From a virus (lineage: Duplodnaviria; Caudoviricetes): 42,410 nucleotides of DNA. Below the pieces are notes generated by a model. That model did no database searches, was not told the DNA's origin, and saw only the letters and a program-made list of their open reading frames with translations. This document shows positions 9,804 through 18,823 of this stretch, in pieces. The position numbers and the translations under genes were made by a program. Numbering within the stretch: position 1 is the stretch's first letter; each line of letters starts with the position of its first letter. The DNA lies in IMG/VR virus record IMGVR_UViG_3300032269_000163, positions 1 through 42,410 of that record. One strand, given 5' to 3'.

Positions 9804-10397
9804 TTAACCCTCGTAAAGAATGTTGACTGTGCCAGCATCAAACGTGTCAGTGCCGCCAACTGTGGTTATGCGTACTCGATCAAGAGTGCCGCTAAGAGCT
9901 ATATATCCAGCATTTGTAAGTGCTGTTAAATTAGGACCAGTAGATATAAAATTTCCGCTACAAACCCAAGTGTTTCCAGTTATATTAGTAATAACAGCAG
10001 AACCATGCACTAAATAAGTTCCAAGGTTGGAATAAATTCCAAATCCTGCTGCTTGTGCAACCACCGCTACGGTTGATCCATTTTGAATGTTTGATTGACT
10101 TCCAACATATCCTGTGCTTGTAACAGGATTTTGATAGCCAAGTTGAATTAATGGGTAATTCGTTCCGCTTGTGCTTACGCCACTAAACATCACAGTAATT
10201 TTTTTAACCCATGCTGGCAAACCAGTAAAGTCAATTGAAGTGCCAGATGTAGACGCAACAGCAGTACCCTGAGTAATCCTTTGCATTTGCGCCCGTGACG
10301 CATTGCTATCAGTGCCGTAGAACTGACCGTTGTATTCAAGCTGTCCTGTGGCGGGAGTACCAGCCAGCGTGTCAGAAGTTAAAACAAGTATTGACAT
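9804..10397 (-). CDS. Tail fibre-like protein, paralog A
   Basis: Thr/Gly-rich; TSGTSIDFTGLPAWVKKITVM and LDRVRITT..GTVNILYEG. Confidence 0.65.
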   Translation of the reverse strand: MSILVLTSDTLAGTPATGQLEYNGQFYGTDSNASRAQMQRITQGTAVASTSGTSIDFTGLPAWVKKITVMFSGVSTSGTNYPLIQLGYQNPVTSTGYVGSQSNIQNGSTVAVVAQAAGFGIYSNLGTYLVHGSAVITNITGNTWVCSGNFISTGPNLTALTNAGYIALSGTLDRVRITTVGGTDTFDAGTVNILYEG

Positions 10398-10399
10398 GG

Positions 10400-10984
10400 T
10401 TAGCCCTCGTAAAGAATGTTTATTGATCCAGCACTAATTGTGGCTGTGCCAACGGTTGTATTAACTTGAACCCTATCTAATACTCCAGCAAGTGCAATAT
10501 ATCCAGTTGCAGTAGATACAGCAGTGGTTCCTGAAAAAACAAACGTACCAGAACCAAGCCATAAATTTGTTGCTGGATTTACTAAAGTTAAAACAAATTG
10601 TCCTGAAACTGGCCCTGTATAACCACTGTGAGTTTGAATACCTGTGCCACTTCCATTGCTAGAATTGGTAGTCGTAGTATTAATAGCCGCACCAGTACTT
10701 GTATATCCAGAAGTTGTTACAGAGCCAGAACCTATCTGTATATTCATTCCAACAGTCGCTGAATATGTAACACCAGTCATCATTACAGTGATGCGTTTTG
10801 TCCAAGATGGTATGCCTGTAAATGTAACGGCTGTACCACTTGTAGGCGTAACAACAGAACTCAATGTATTGACAGACATAGTGCCTGTAGCCGCTTGCAC
10901 AGTAATAGTGTTTGACCCCGCAACAGCAGGGGCGGCAAGTGTTACCGTTCCTGATGTATCGCCTGATATGACAAGTGAACTCAT
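10400..10984 (-). CDS. Tail fibre-like protein, paralog B
   Basis: TSGTAVTFTGIPSWTKRITVM and LDRVQVNT..GSINILYEG; clearly homologous to the neighbouring gene. Confidence 0.65.
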   Translation of the reverse strand: MSSLVISGDTSGTVTLAAPAVAGSNTITVQAATGTMSVNTLSSVVTPTSGTAVTFTGIPSWTKRITVMMTGVTYSATVGMNIQIGSGSVTTSGYTSTGAAINTTTTNSSNGSGTGIQTHSGYTGPVSGQFVLTLVNPATNLWLGSGTFVFSGTTAVSTATGYIALAGVLDRVQVNTTVGTATISAGSINILYEG

Positions 10985-10993
10985 GTGTAATCC

Positions 10994-11659
10994 TTATGCA
11001 ATGACCCAACGTGAGCCAGTTGGAAGAGTGACTGATTGACCAGACGCAATAGTGATAGGCCCAACAGAGTGGGCGTTATTACCTGCTGTGATTGAGTAGC
11101 TAGTGTTTACAGTTTTACCGTTCTCATAGAACACAGCATCACTACCTGTACCAGTAGCACCACCACTAGATACCCAAGCACTAGCTGCACCGTTATAAGC
11201 TTCTAACTTATTAGTGGTAGTGTTAAAACCTATAAGACCAGCAGTAGGGCTAGCAGGTCTTGTACCAGTTGTCCAAGGACCTTGTACAGAACCTACAGAG
11301 AACGTACCACGAAGAGAAAATATATTAGCAGCAGTAAATGTGTTAGCTTCATCTAGCTTAGGCAAATCATTAAGACTGGCTGAGACTAAACGCAACTCAA
11401 CTTTATCACCTGTAATCCAAGCAGAAGCAGTTGTGTTGTCTTGAGCACGAGTAATGGTAAACGTGTCAGTACTTCTAGCAGTAACTTTAATGATCTCAAT
11501 TGTTCCAACAGCGTTAGCAAGAGTACAGTAGAAGTAGTCTCCAGCACTTAGTGTTGGAAACAATGCTCCTTGACCTGTAGCAACAGTCAAGCTAGTAGCA
11601 GAGCTGTTAATGCCAGCCGCCAGTGTTGACGAGGCATTGTTAGTAAACTTCATCACCAT
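10994..11659 (-). CDS. Tail fibre base / adaptor protein
   Basis: FTNNASSTLAAGI N-terminus, RP..PTAGLIGFNTT..LEAYNG motif, VTLPTGSRWVI C-terminus. Confidence 0.6.
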   Translation of the reverse strand: MVMKFTNNASSTLAAGINSSATSLTVATGQGALFPTLSAGDYFYCTLANAVGTIEIIKVTARSTDTFTITRAQDNTTASAWITGDKVELRLVSASLNDLPKLDEANTFTAANIFSLRGTFSVGSVQGPWTTGTRPASPTAGLIGFNTTTNKLEAYNGAASAWVSSGGATGTGSDAVFYENGKTVNTSYSITAGNNAHSVGPITIASGQSVTLPTGSRWVIA

Positions 11660-11671
11660 AAAAAATTCTCC

Positions 11672-12097
11672 TTAACCAACAGTGATTGTCCAAGTCAACA
11701 ACAGTCTGTCTTGATCCTGTTTACCAATTGTAGTAAACACAATATGAGACAACATTGTTCCACCAGAGACAACGTTATTAAAAATACCTGCTTCAGAAAT
11801 AGGACCAGTACCTACACCAGGTAGGTAGTTCTTAACCAAAGTAATTACGTTGTTAGCTATGGTTGCAGAGTCAAACGAAGTACGAAGTATTTCTGTTTGC
11901 AAAGCTGTGTCAGTAATAACAGCAGCAGTAGTGCCTGTACCAATAGCTACAGCGTTAAATGGAGTAGTGCTGTTATTAATAACAGCGTTAGCTAAAAAAT
12001 TCTTTCCGACTTGAACAATCAAGTTCTTTTTGCTAACGACAACAACATCGTTTAGCTTTAGCTCTACTTCACCTAACAGACTAATTGTTTCGTTCAT
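11672..12097 (-). CDS. Virion structural protein (beta-sandwich)
   Basis: AIGTGTTAA..DTALQTE and ISEAGIFN motifs; similar to 15692..16057. Confidence 0.6.
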   Translation of the reverse strand: MNETISLLGEVELKLNDVVVVSKKNLIVQVGKNFLANAVINNSTTPFNAVAIGTGTTAAVITDTALQTEILRTSFDSATIANNVITLVKNYLPGVGTGPISEAGIFNNVVSGGTMLSHIVFTTIGKQDQDRLLLTWTITVG

Positions 12098-12429
12098 TTG
12101 TTAAGACCCAAAAAATTTATGGCAGAGCCATTTAATGCAGACGGAGAACTATGTATTTTAAAAACATAGGCTTCTACTACGCTAACTGAATCTGTTTTAT
12201 TTGTTTCACCCCAAATGAAATGATCTGATTGTTCTGGTCTTGTAAACGGAGGAGCTTGTTTGTCAGCTACACCGTGTACAAAGTCTTGGGGCTGTCGTAT
12301 CTCCCAATCCCCACTACAAACCATTAGACCATCCCAACGCATTTGTAGTTCGCTGTTTTTATACTGACGACCACAAACGTCACAGATGACGTTCCAACTT
12401 CCGTTATCCCATCTAGGTTTGTACGACAT
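12094..12429 (-). CDS. Conserved phage protein with CxxC motif
   Basis: VICDVCG..WDGLMVC..DWE.RQPQDF; overlaps both neighbours, implying translational coupling. Confidence 0.6.
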   Translation of the reverse strand: MSYKPRWDNGSWNVICDVCGRQYKNSELQMRWDGLMVCSGDWEIRQPQDFVHGVADKQAPPFTRPEQSDHFIWGETNKTDSVSVVEAYVFKIHSSPSALNGSAINFLGLNK

Positions 12430-12743
12430 TATTGCACTTCGGTTGTACTATACACGGGCAAGTCTCCCAAAGCAACTAACGTGCTTCCAGCACTTGTAGT
12501 CACAGTCATAACAAGACGGTAGGTAACACCAGCTACACCATTCTGTACTTGTTGATATACCTTGTTCCCTACAATAGTAACTGCACCAGACAACAAACTA
12601 GACGGACTAGCATCAACACCATCTACAACAATTACAGAACAGGAAGCTGTAGACAAAGTTTCTCCTGCCGCTAACGTTTGACTAAAGTCAAAAGACAGAG
12701 GCTTTGTTTCAGCAACAAACTTGTAGGAAAAATATTCAGCCAT
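12429..12743 (-). CDS. Virion structural / fibre adaptor protein
   Basis: 104 aa beta-rich ORF; GVAGVTYRL motif. Confidence 0.55.
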   Translation of the reverse strand: MAEYFSYKFVAETKPLSFDFSQTLAAGETLSTASCSVIVVDGVDASPSSLLSGAVTIVGNKVYQQVQNGVAGVTYRLVMTVTTSAGSTLVALGDLPVYSTTEVQ

Positions 12744-12753
12744 TTACGTCATC

Positions 12754-13992
12754 CTATTTTGTAATTACTATGTTGGTCTTCTTTGGTTTGACTAGTATGT
12801 TATTAAAACTAGCAAACACTTGAACAATAACTTTCTTGGTAGGGACAATTATGGTGTCCTCAATATTAGCAACTATCAATCTATAAAAATAGACGACAAC
12901 ACTAGTATAAACGGTTGTTACTAATAACACAAACCTTGCAGTGATAGTGTTGACGTAAGAACTTGTAGTAGACACAGCAAGAAGAATTAAAGCTCTAATT
13001 TTTTGTATTGTTGCTGTAGAAGTAACCGTAGCAGCTATTGTTTTAGCAAAAGTCAATAACCTAACCATTGTGTTTGTTGTAGTTACAAAAACACTTAGTG
13101 TCCTAATAAACAAAAACCCATAAAGTAATGTTGAGGTATTACTTACAGATGCAGATACTTTTTTACCTACAACTTTAATAAACAAAACAAAGCTAACACA
13201 AGATGCAACAACTGCTTTATTAGTTCGTTTTATTAATGTTACAGAATTAGTAGATACAACACTCAAAGCTTTTAACAATAATTTAATAACACTAATAGTA
13301 ACAGTAGAAGTCGTAGTAGCAGACACTAATTTTGCAATACGTTTAATAATGTTAACTATAGAAGTACTAGCAACAGATATTACTTTAAAGGTTTTACGTA
13401 TTAATGTGCTAGTGTTTGTAGACACAACAACAATAGTTTTGCCAACAAATTTAACTACTGTTGCTGTAGAAGTAGAAGTAATAGACAACAGTTTTAAATA
13501 AGCAAAACTAGCTACTAAAGAACTAGTAATAGTACTTGCGTAACTAAGGGTTGTACTCACAGCTTTAAACAAAGAAACAATGCTATTAGTAACAACTGTT
13601 TGTGTTGTTTGAATTGCTTTAAAGACAGTGTTAGTGCTTGCAACAACAACAGACAACAATCTTAAAAACACAAAAGAGGTTATTAAAGAATTAGCAACGC
13701 TGCTTACATAACTAAAAGTTTTGTTAATTTTGTTTGTTATTGTGTTTGTACTAAGTACTCCGTTTGTTGTGCTTGCAACAGAATCATTTATAGCGTTGCT
13801 GTTTATAGCAAAGTTGTTTAAAAACCCATAGCTAATGTAACTGGATACAGTTAGTATGACGTTTACTATTCTGTTAGCTAACAGCGTTACAGTGCTAGAA
13901 CTAAGCACAGTTAAAAGTTGTTGTAGTGTTACGTTGCCACTAGTGGGAATAGAAGCAAAAGGAGTTTGAGCATAAGCAGAAATGCCAAACAT
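12754..13992 (-). CDS. Val/Thr/Ser/Lys-rich repeat protein, probable fibre
   Basis: 412 aa with ~18-residue periodicity and only 3 acidic residues; lies in the tail module. Confidence 0.6.
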   Translation of the reverse strand: MFGISAYAQTPFASIPTSGNVTLQQLLTVLSSSTVTLLANRIVNVILTVSSYISYGFLNNFAINSNAINDSVASTTNGVLSTNTITNKINKTFSYVSSVANSLITSFVFLRLLSVVVASTNTVFKAIQTTQTVVTNSIVSLFKAVSTTLSYASTITSSLVASFAYLKLLSITSTSTATVVKFVGKTIVVVSTNTSTLIRKTFKVISVASTSIVNIIKRIAKLVSATTTSTVTISVIKLLLKALSVVSTNSVTLIKRTNKAVVASCVSFVLFIKVVGKKVSASVSNTSTLLYGFLFIRTLSVFVTTTNTMVRLLTFAKTIAATVTSTATIQKIRALILLAVSTTSSYVNTITARFVLLVTTVYTSVVVYFYRLIVANIEDTIIVPTKKVIVQVFASFNNILVKPKKTNIVITK

Positions 13993-13998
13993 TTTGTT

Positions 13999-15681
13999 TT
14001 AATACGCTTCAAAAATAATTACGCCGTTTTGACCAAGGCCAACTGTTGTGCTACCAATACTTCCACCGCCTCCAGCCCCGTATCCAATACCATCAATTCC
14101 ATTGTTTATAGCAGCACCAACAGCATATCCACCTGCACTAAACATATTGCTACCGCCAAATCCAGATTGTTGTGTTGCAACTGTTGTTGCACTACCAAAC
14201 GCACTACCACCATATCCACCACGAATATTTATATCTCCACCAGTGGCACTGCCACCAAGACCGCCAGCAGTAAAAGATGCGGCATAGGCAACAGAAGTGC
14301 CAGCAGTACCTCCAGCACCCGTAATATCTGATGCTAAGGTATAAGTGCCAGATGTTACAAAATTAGGCTGACTAACGGCATTAACAGTGTAAGTAAGTGT
14401 TTGTCCAGCAGTTATAGCAAGCCATTTAATTGCAATACCACCAGCACCACCACCAGAACCTCTTTGAGATGTAGTACCACCACCATTGCCGCCTTTACCA
14501 ACTGCGGTAATTTTTAACCATTGCGTATTTGCGGGTGCTGTATAAGTTGCCCCTGTGCCAGATGTATATACCTGAGTATCTTTAGCTAATACTCCAGTAG
14601 GCGCAGCCCACGATGCTGTTGTGCCGTTGGAAGTAAGTACATATGTGCTTGTGCCAATACCAAGTCGTGTAGCACTGTTTGTGCCATTACCAACAATTAA
14701 ATCACCAGTTGTAGTAATAGGTGATAAATTGTTAAATGCACCAGATGCTGTAATTGCATTAGTACCACCTTGACCAATAGTAACTGTAGCATTGGTTGTT
14801 AATATACTACACGCTATATTTGGAAGTGTAAAAGTTTTTTGTGATGTAGCGGGGCCAGAAAAGTTAACAAATCCATTACCAGTACCGCCATTGGCAGATG
14901 GCAAGATTCCAGACACATCAGCAGTTAGAGAAACAGCACCAAATGATGGTGCGCCAGAGGCATTACCATGCAGTACCGTAGATGTTGTTCCAAGGCCTGA
15001 TACCACCGTTGGAGCCGCACCAACACCACCACCAAGCACAATGGCATTAGCAGTTAAAGAGGCAGATGTTGCCCATGTAGTACTACTTGAAAAATAAGGA
15101 ATACCGCCAGAAATTCCCGAAATAGTAAAGGCTGGTGTTGTTGTTGGATTTCCAACAGAAACAATACCACCAGTCCATCCAACACTTGTAACTGTTCCTG
15201 ATCCACCACCTGACGCAGCAATTGAAATAGAACCATTACCATTTGTGATGGTTATGCCAGTTCCTGCCGTCAAAGTGGCTTTGGTTAACGTATTACCTGT
15301 ACTGTTACCAATAAGAAGCTGACCATCAGTGTATGTAGTCTGACCAGTTCCACCTTGAGTAATATCTACTGTACTAGTAACAGCTTTACTAGCTGGATAA
15401 GTAACAAATACATTTACTGTTCCAGAAAAAGTAACTGCTGATCCAGAATTACTTGATGACAATATTGTTGTTCGAGTTAATATTGTAGCTAATGAATTAA
15501 GTGTTCCTAATCCAACTTCCCAATTACCAGAAGCGTCTGTAGAAGAATAGTATGTGGTGTTGTTTGCACCTACACCAGCACTAAAAGTTCTAAACCCCGC
15601 AACAGCACCAGACAGAGTAAAGCTTACCGTAGTGACAGCAACAGCAGTTTCTTGTACTCTATCAGCAACAACTAAAGCCAT
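13999..15681 (-). CDS. Tail fibre with C-terminal glycine-rich domain
   Basis: MALVVADRVQET N-terminus, repeated xxGGTG motifs, Gly-rich C-terminus ending GVIIFEAY. Confidence 0.7.
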   Translation of the reverse strand: MALVVADRVQETAVAVTTVSFTLSGAVAGFRTFSAGVGANNTTYYSSTDASGNWEVGLGTLNSLATILTRTTILSSSNSGSAVTFSGTVNVFVTYPASKAVTSTVDITQGGTGQTTYTDGQLLIGNSTGNTLTKATLTAGTGITITNGNGSISIAASGGGSGTVTSVGWTGGIVSVGNPTTTPAFTISGISGGIPYFSSSTTWATSASLTANAIVLGGGVGAAPTVVSGLGTTSTVLHGNASGAPSFGAVSLTADVSGILPSANGGTGNGFVNFSGPATSQKTFTLPNIACSILTTNATVTIGQGGTNAITASGAFNNLSPITTTGDLIVGNGTNSATRLGIGTSTYVLTSNGTTASWAAPTGVLAKDTQVYTSGTGATYTAPANTQWLKITAVGKGGNGGGTTSQRGSGGGAGGIAIKWLAITAGQTLTYTVNAVSQPNFVTSGTYTLASDITGAGGTAGTSVAYAASFTAGGLGGSATGGDINIRGGYGGSAFGSATTVATQQSGFGGSNMFSAGGYAVGAAINNGIDGIGYGAGGGGSIGSTTVGLGQNGVIIFEAY

Positions 15682-15691
15682 TTAAAACTCC

Positions 15692-16057
15692 TTAACTAAA
15701 CTGAGTCTTAAAAGTGAATTGAATAGAGTCGCCAGAATTTAAATTGATTGTTGAGAAGTCACCCTTGACAAACAAGTTGCCAACAGTAACAGCATCAAAC
15801 AAACCAGCATTGGTAATAGCAAGAGTACTACCAGCAGTCTGCGTACCAACTACTTGATATGTGTCATTGGTTGTAGAAGTTGTTTGTTGTGTGCTAGTAC
15901 CTGTTTGACGAGTACCTGTTTCAGTAAACAAAGTTGTATCAGCAGCAGCAGTTGTACCTGCACCAGTACCATAAGCAACGTACAAAGGTTCTGTACCACT
16001 ACCTTTAATACGGTTAGTTACGATAGCTCTACCAGTGTTAACTAAGAGAGTAGCCAT
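15692..16057 (-). CDS. Virion structural protein
   Basis: GTGAGTTAAADTTLFTE and ITNAGLFD; GGAG RBS. Confidence 0.6.
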   Translation of the reverse strand: MATLLVNTGRAIVTNRIKGSGTEPLYVAYGTGAGTTAAADTTLFTETGTRQTGTSTQQTTSTTNDTYQVVGTQTAGSTLAITNAGLFDAVTVGNLFVKGDFSTINLNSGDSIQFTFKTQFS

Positions 16058-16203
16058 TTTTTAATACTCCAAAAAATACGTTTCAAAGGGTTTTTGTGCC
16101 AGTAACTAACAACACCAAGATGCTCTATAGTGCCATCAGCACGAGTGATGACAGCACTAATTTGAGCTTCTTTGGCGTTACTAGGAACAATCATTTTAGC
16201 CAT
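16042..16203 (-). CDS. Small hypothetical protein (53 aa, not in ORF track)
   Basis: MAKMIVPSNAKEAQISAVITRADGTIEHLGVVSYWHKNPLKRIFWSIKKWLLS; fills the gap between neighbours. Confidence 0.65.
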   Translation of the reverse strand: MAKMIVPSNAKEAQISAVITRADGTIEHLGVVSYWHKNPLKRIFWSIKKWLLS

Positions 16204-16205
16204 TG

Positions 16206-16442
16206 TTAAGACTTGTCTGTTTTGTGATCTAACTTGTCAAAAATCTTATTGATCATTTCTTTAAGCTCTCGAATATCACCTTTGTAGTCGTCTTTAGTGA
16301 CGTACTCTTTAGGAAGATCTTCTCTAAGCTTAGCCAGATCAGCTTTAAGTTCTTTGACAGCAGCCCACAGTTCACGAGCAAACCAGCCCGTGACTGAGGA
16401 AATAAGAGCTAGTGCAGCGTTCAAAATAGTTTGGTAATCCAT
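16206..16442 (-). CDS. Small membrane protein with coiled coil (holin-like candidate)
   Basis: N-terminal hydrophobic helix followed by a heptad-like charged region. Confidence 0.5.
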   Translation of the reverse strand: MDYQTILNAALALISSVTGWFARELWAAVKELKADLAKLREDLPKEYVTKDDYKGDIRELKEMINKIFDKLDHKTDKS

Positions 16443-16453
16443 TTTTAAACACC

Positions 16454-16864
16454 TTACAAATTAGTACCTTGTTTAACTAACTCTAAGATAACGGAAAACA
16501 CCTGAGTACCAGATGTCCATCCAGTAGTCTTAACAAGAATAGCGCCAGTCTTACCAGCACCAGAGTTGTTAGTTAGTCCACCAAAGTTCCAAAACATCAA
16601 ACGACCACGACCAGCTAGAGGCATGATGATGACATCGGTTGTAGCATCCCACAACAGTTGTACTTCTAATTGATCGCTAATTGAATAATCAATGTGATCA
16701 ATACGTACTTGTGTAGGTGTAAACCCTATGCCACTTTGATTAATGTCAGACATTACAACAGCGTTTGTTAAAGCTAAGTCAGAGGTATCAAGTACCGCTG
16801 TTAGTTTAACAATTGCGTTGCGTTGACCTTCTTCAAGGATTTGCGTTGTAAATGAGTTAGCCAT
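16454..16864 (-). CDS. Virion structural protein
   Basis: 136 aa with AGGAGG RBS; lies in the head-tail module. Confidence 0.6.
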   Translation of the reverse strand: MANSFTTQILEEGQRNAIVKLTAVLDTSDLALTNAVVMSDINQSGIGFTPTQVRIDHIDYSISDQLEVQLLWDATTDVIIMPLAGRGRLMFWNFGGLTNNSGAGKTGAILVKTTGWTSGTQVFSVILELVKQGTNL

Positions 16865-16876
16865 AGCTACCTCCTA

Positions 16877-17602
16877 TTAACGTGCAAGTTCTTGGGCAGC
16901 TAAAACAAAGTCAGTAGTCAATGTATCAGTTGCTGTAGGAGTAATCTGAAACACTGGACTTAACAAAGCATTAGTTAAGGTAGTACCAGTAGAACCAATA
17001 GTAGGTGCTGTTACACGAGCATCAGGACCCATATCAGTAGAGCTAGTACCAGAAAAACAGATTAAATCTGTACCATCATAGTAGAAACCTACTTCTACAA
17101 AAGAGTTTGCTATGGCAGTTGCAACACCTGTTACTAATGTAGTAGCAGTGCTATTAACAGTAGACACCAAGTTAATAGATGTAGATGAAGCAGCTTTAGC
17201 AAACCACAAACCATCAGTAGCAGAAGAACCTGCACGCAAACCTGCATAATAAGAAACACTTCCTGCTACAGCAGAAACTTTAAAACGAACAACAAACCAA
17301 GCTCTATAGCCAGCTATAAGTTGTATAAAAGTACCAGCTTTGTATGCGGCAGTAGCAGTAGTAGCTCCACCTGGAGTAAGAACAGCTTGTCCACCAACAG
17401 CGTTAGCTACAGCAAAGGTAGATGATGTACCTGTTATTGTGTAGTCTGTACCAATCAATGTATTGAAATCATTACTATAGGTAGAGCTACCAACAAATTG
17501 ACCACTTCCAGTGTGGAAGGGATCAGGAAAAGGATACGAGTACAAAGGCTCGTTGGAATACGCAGTGGACAGACCACTATAGAGGCGGGTTGGATTTGAC
17601 AT
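16877..17602 (-). CDS. Virion structural / decoration protein
   Basis: Start at MSNPTR (17602) with AAGGA RBS; Thr/Ala/Gly-rich and beta-rich. Confidence 0.6.
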   Translation of the reverse strand: MSNPTRLYSGLSTAYSNEPLYSYPFPDPFHTGSGQFVGSSTYSNDFNTLIGTDYTITGTSSTFAVANAVGGQAVLTPGGATTATAAYKAGTFIQLIAGYRAWFVVRFKVSAVAGSVSYYAGLRAGSSATDGLWFAKAASSTSINLVSTVNSTATTLVTGVATAIANSFVEVGFYYDGTDLICFSGTSSTDMGPDARVTAPTIGSTGTTLTNALLSPVFQITPTATDTLTTDFVLAAQELAR

Positions 17603-17613
17603 GATAATTCCTT

Positions 17614-17650
17614 TGACGTTGTTTAAAACAACGCCCAACTAAGGGCGTCA
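17614..17650 (-). promoter_or_regulatory. Compact three-way-junction element abutting the RBS of the 17602 gene
   Basis: TGAC|GTTGTT-TAA-AACAAC|GCCC-AACTAA-GGGC|GTCA on the + strand; every stem is perfectly paired. Confidence 0.5.
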
Positions 17651-17670
17651 TTGGAAGATTGCATTCTATA

Positions 17671-17823
17671 TTACATTTTCTTTTTAGGCATCATCTTTTT
17701 AGCAGCAGCCATTTTTTTAGCAGCAGCCATTTTAGGTGATTTGTGGGGAACTTTTTCTTCACCTTTAGCTGTAGCTTTAGCATCAGGCTTCATACCCATC
17801 TCTTTGCGTTTTTCGTATCCCAT
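17671..17823 (-). CDS. Small Lys/Ala-rich histone-H1-like protein (50 aa, not in ORF track)
   Basis: MGYEKRKEMGMKPDAKATAKGEEKVPHKSPKMAAAKKMAAAKKMMPKKKM; GGAG RBS. Confidence 0.7.
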   Translation of the reverse strand: MGYEKRKEMGMKPDAKATAKGEEKVPHKSPKMAAAKKMAAAKKMMPKKKM

Positions 17824-17840
17824 AATCCACTCCAATTTAT

Positions 17841-17870
17841 AAAAAGAACCCTCTCTTTTTAGGGAGAGGG
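17841..17870 (-). terminator. Intrinsic terminator after the major capsid gene
   Basis: Minus strand reads CCCTCTC-loop-GAGAGGG followed by TTCTTTTT. Confidence 0.75.
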
Positions 17871-17887
17871 CATGTTACTAATAACAA

Positions 17888-18808
17888 TTACGGACCGTTA
17901 GAACCGTAGATAGCACGAGGATCAGACCATCCAAAGCTATAACGCTCGTAGCCTTTGGCTTTAACGTTCATAGTGTCAAAGTCATTGTCTTGATCAAACG
18001 TGACAGCGTGACGCTCGTAGTACTTCAAACCAGTACCACCAGGGATGGTGTTACGGATAAACCAAGCGTGTGGGCTTGTGAAGTAGTGATTCACTTTAAA
18101 ACCACCAGGGATGTAATTGCCAGACTTAATGACGTTGATGTCATTGTTGGCATTACCTGTTTGGTAGCTAGAGTGAAGGATACGCTGAGCGTTAAAGATC
18201 TCTTGACGAGCAATGTGCAAGCTGTTTGGTTGAATAGCAACTAACAAACCACGGTCGTTTTGAAAGCCCATGATTGCGATAACTGCGTCTTCCAAAGAAG
18301 CTTCAGACAAGTCAACATCAACTGCTGGCTTGTTAGAGTATGTACCACCAGATGTATTGGGGTGTGCGGTAGAGCACAAAGCTACACCATCACCACCCAA
18401 ATATGTGCTATTGAAAGCACGGTTGTACACGTTAGCAGCAATGTTTTCTTTCGTTTGACGGAAAGACATTGCCAAAGCAGCAGCACGCTTCTTAGACACT
18501 TGCTCATACAAGTTGTCGTCCATTTCTTCTTTGGTCACGATATAACCCATTGCGTAAGCAACGTGTGTATAACGAGTTGTGAAGCCTTGGATTTCAGAGT
18601 CGTATGCAGTACCTTGACCTTCAGACTTGATAGGAACCAGACCGAAGCCAGACAATTGAACGTCTTCTTCGTAGTTCATAGTAGAAGTGTCTTTGTCAAA
18701 CAAGTCTACGTACTCTTCTGGGTGCTCATTGTAAGTTTGACCCCACCAAGCTTTAATGCCAGGCCACAATGCTTTGGGATGTGATGCGGTAGTAATTACG
18801 CCAGCCAT
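17888..18808 (-). CDS. Major capsid protein
   Basis: 306 aa; KALWPGI, K.EG....YD, GGDGVALCSTAHP and ERYSFGWSDPR motifs; strong AGGAG RBS; followed by a terminator. Confidence 0.88.
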   Translation of the reverse strand: MAGVITTASHPKALWPGIKAWWGQTYNEHPEEYVDLFDKDTSTMNYEEDVQLSGFGLVPIKSEGQGTAYDSEIQGFTTRYTHVAYAMGYIVTKEEMDDNLYEQVSKKRAAALAMSFRQTKENIAANVYNRAFNSTYLGGDGVALCSTAHPNTSGGTYSNKPAVDVDLSEASLEDAVIAIMGFQNDRGLLVAIQPNSLHIARQEIFNAQRILHSSYQTGNANNDINVIKSGNYIPGGFKVNHYFTSPHAWFIRNTIPGGTGLKYYERHAVTFDQDNDFDTMNVKAKGYERYSFGWSDPRAIYGSNGP

Positions 18809-18823
18809 AATGTATCTCCTTTA

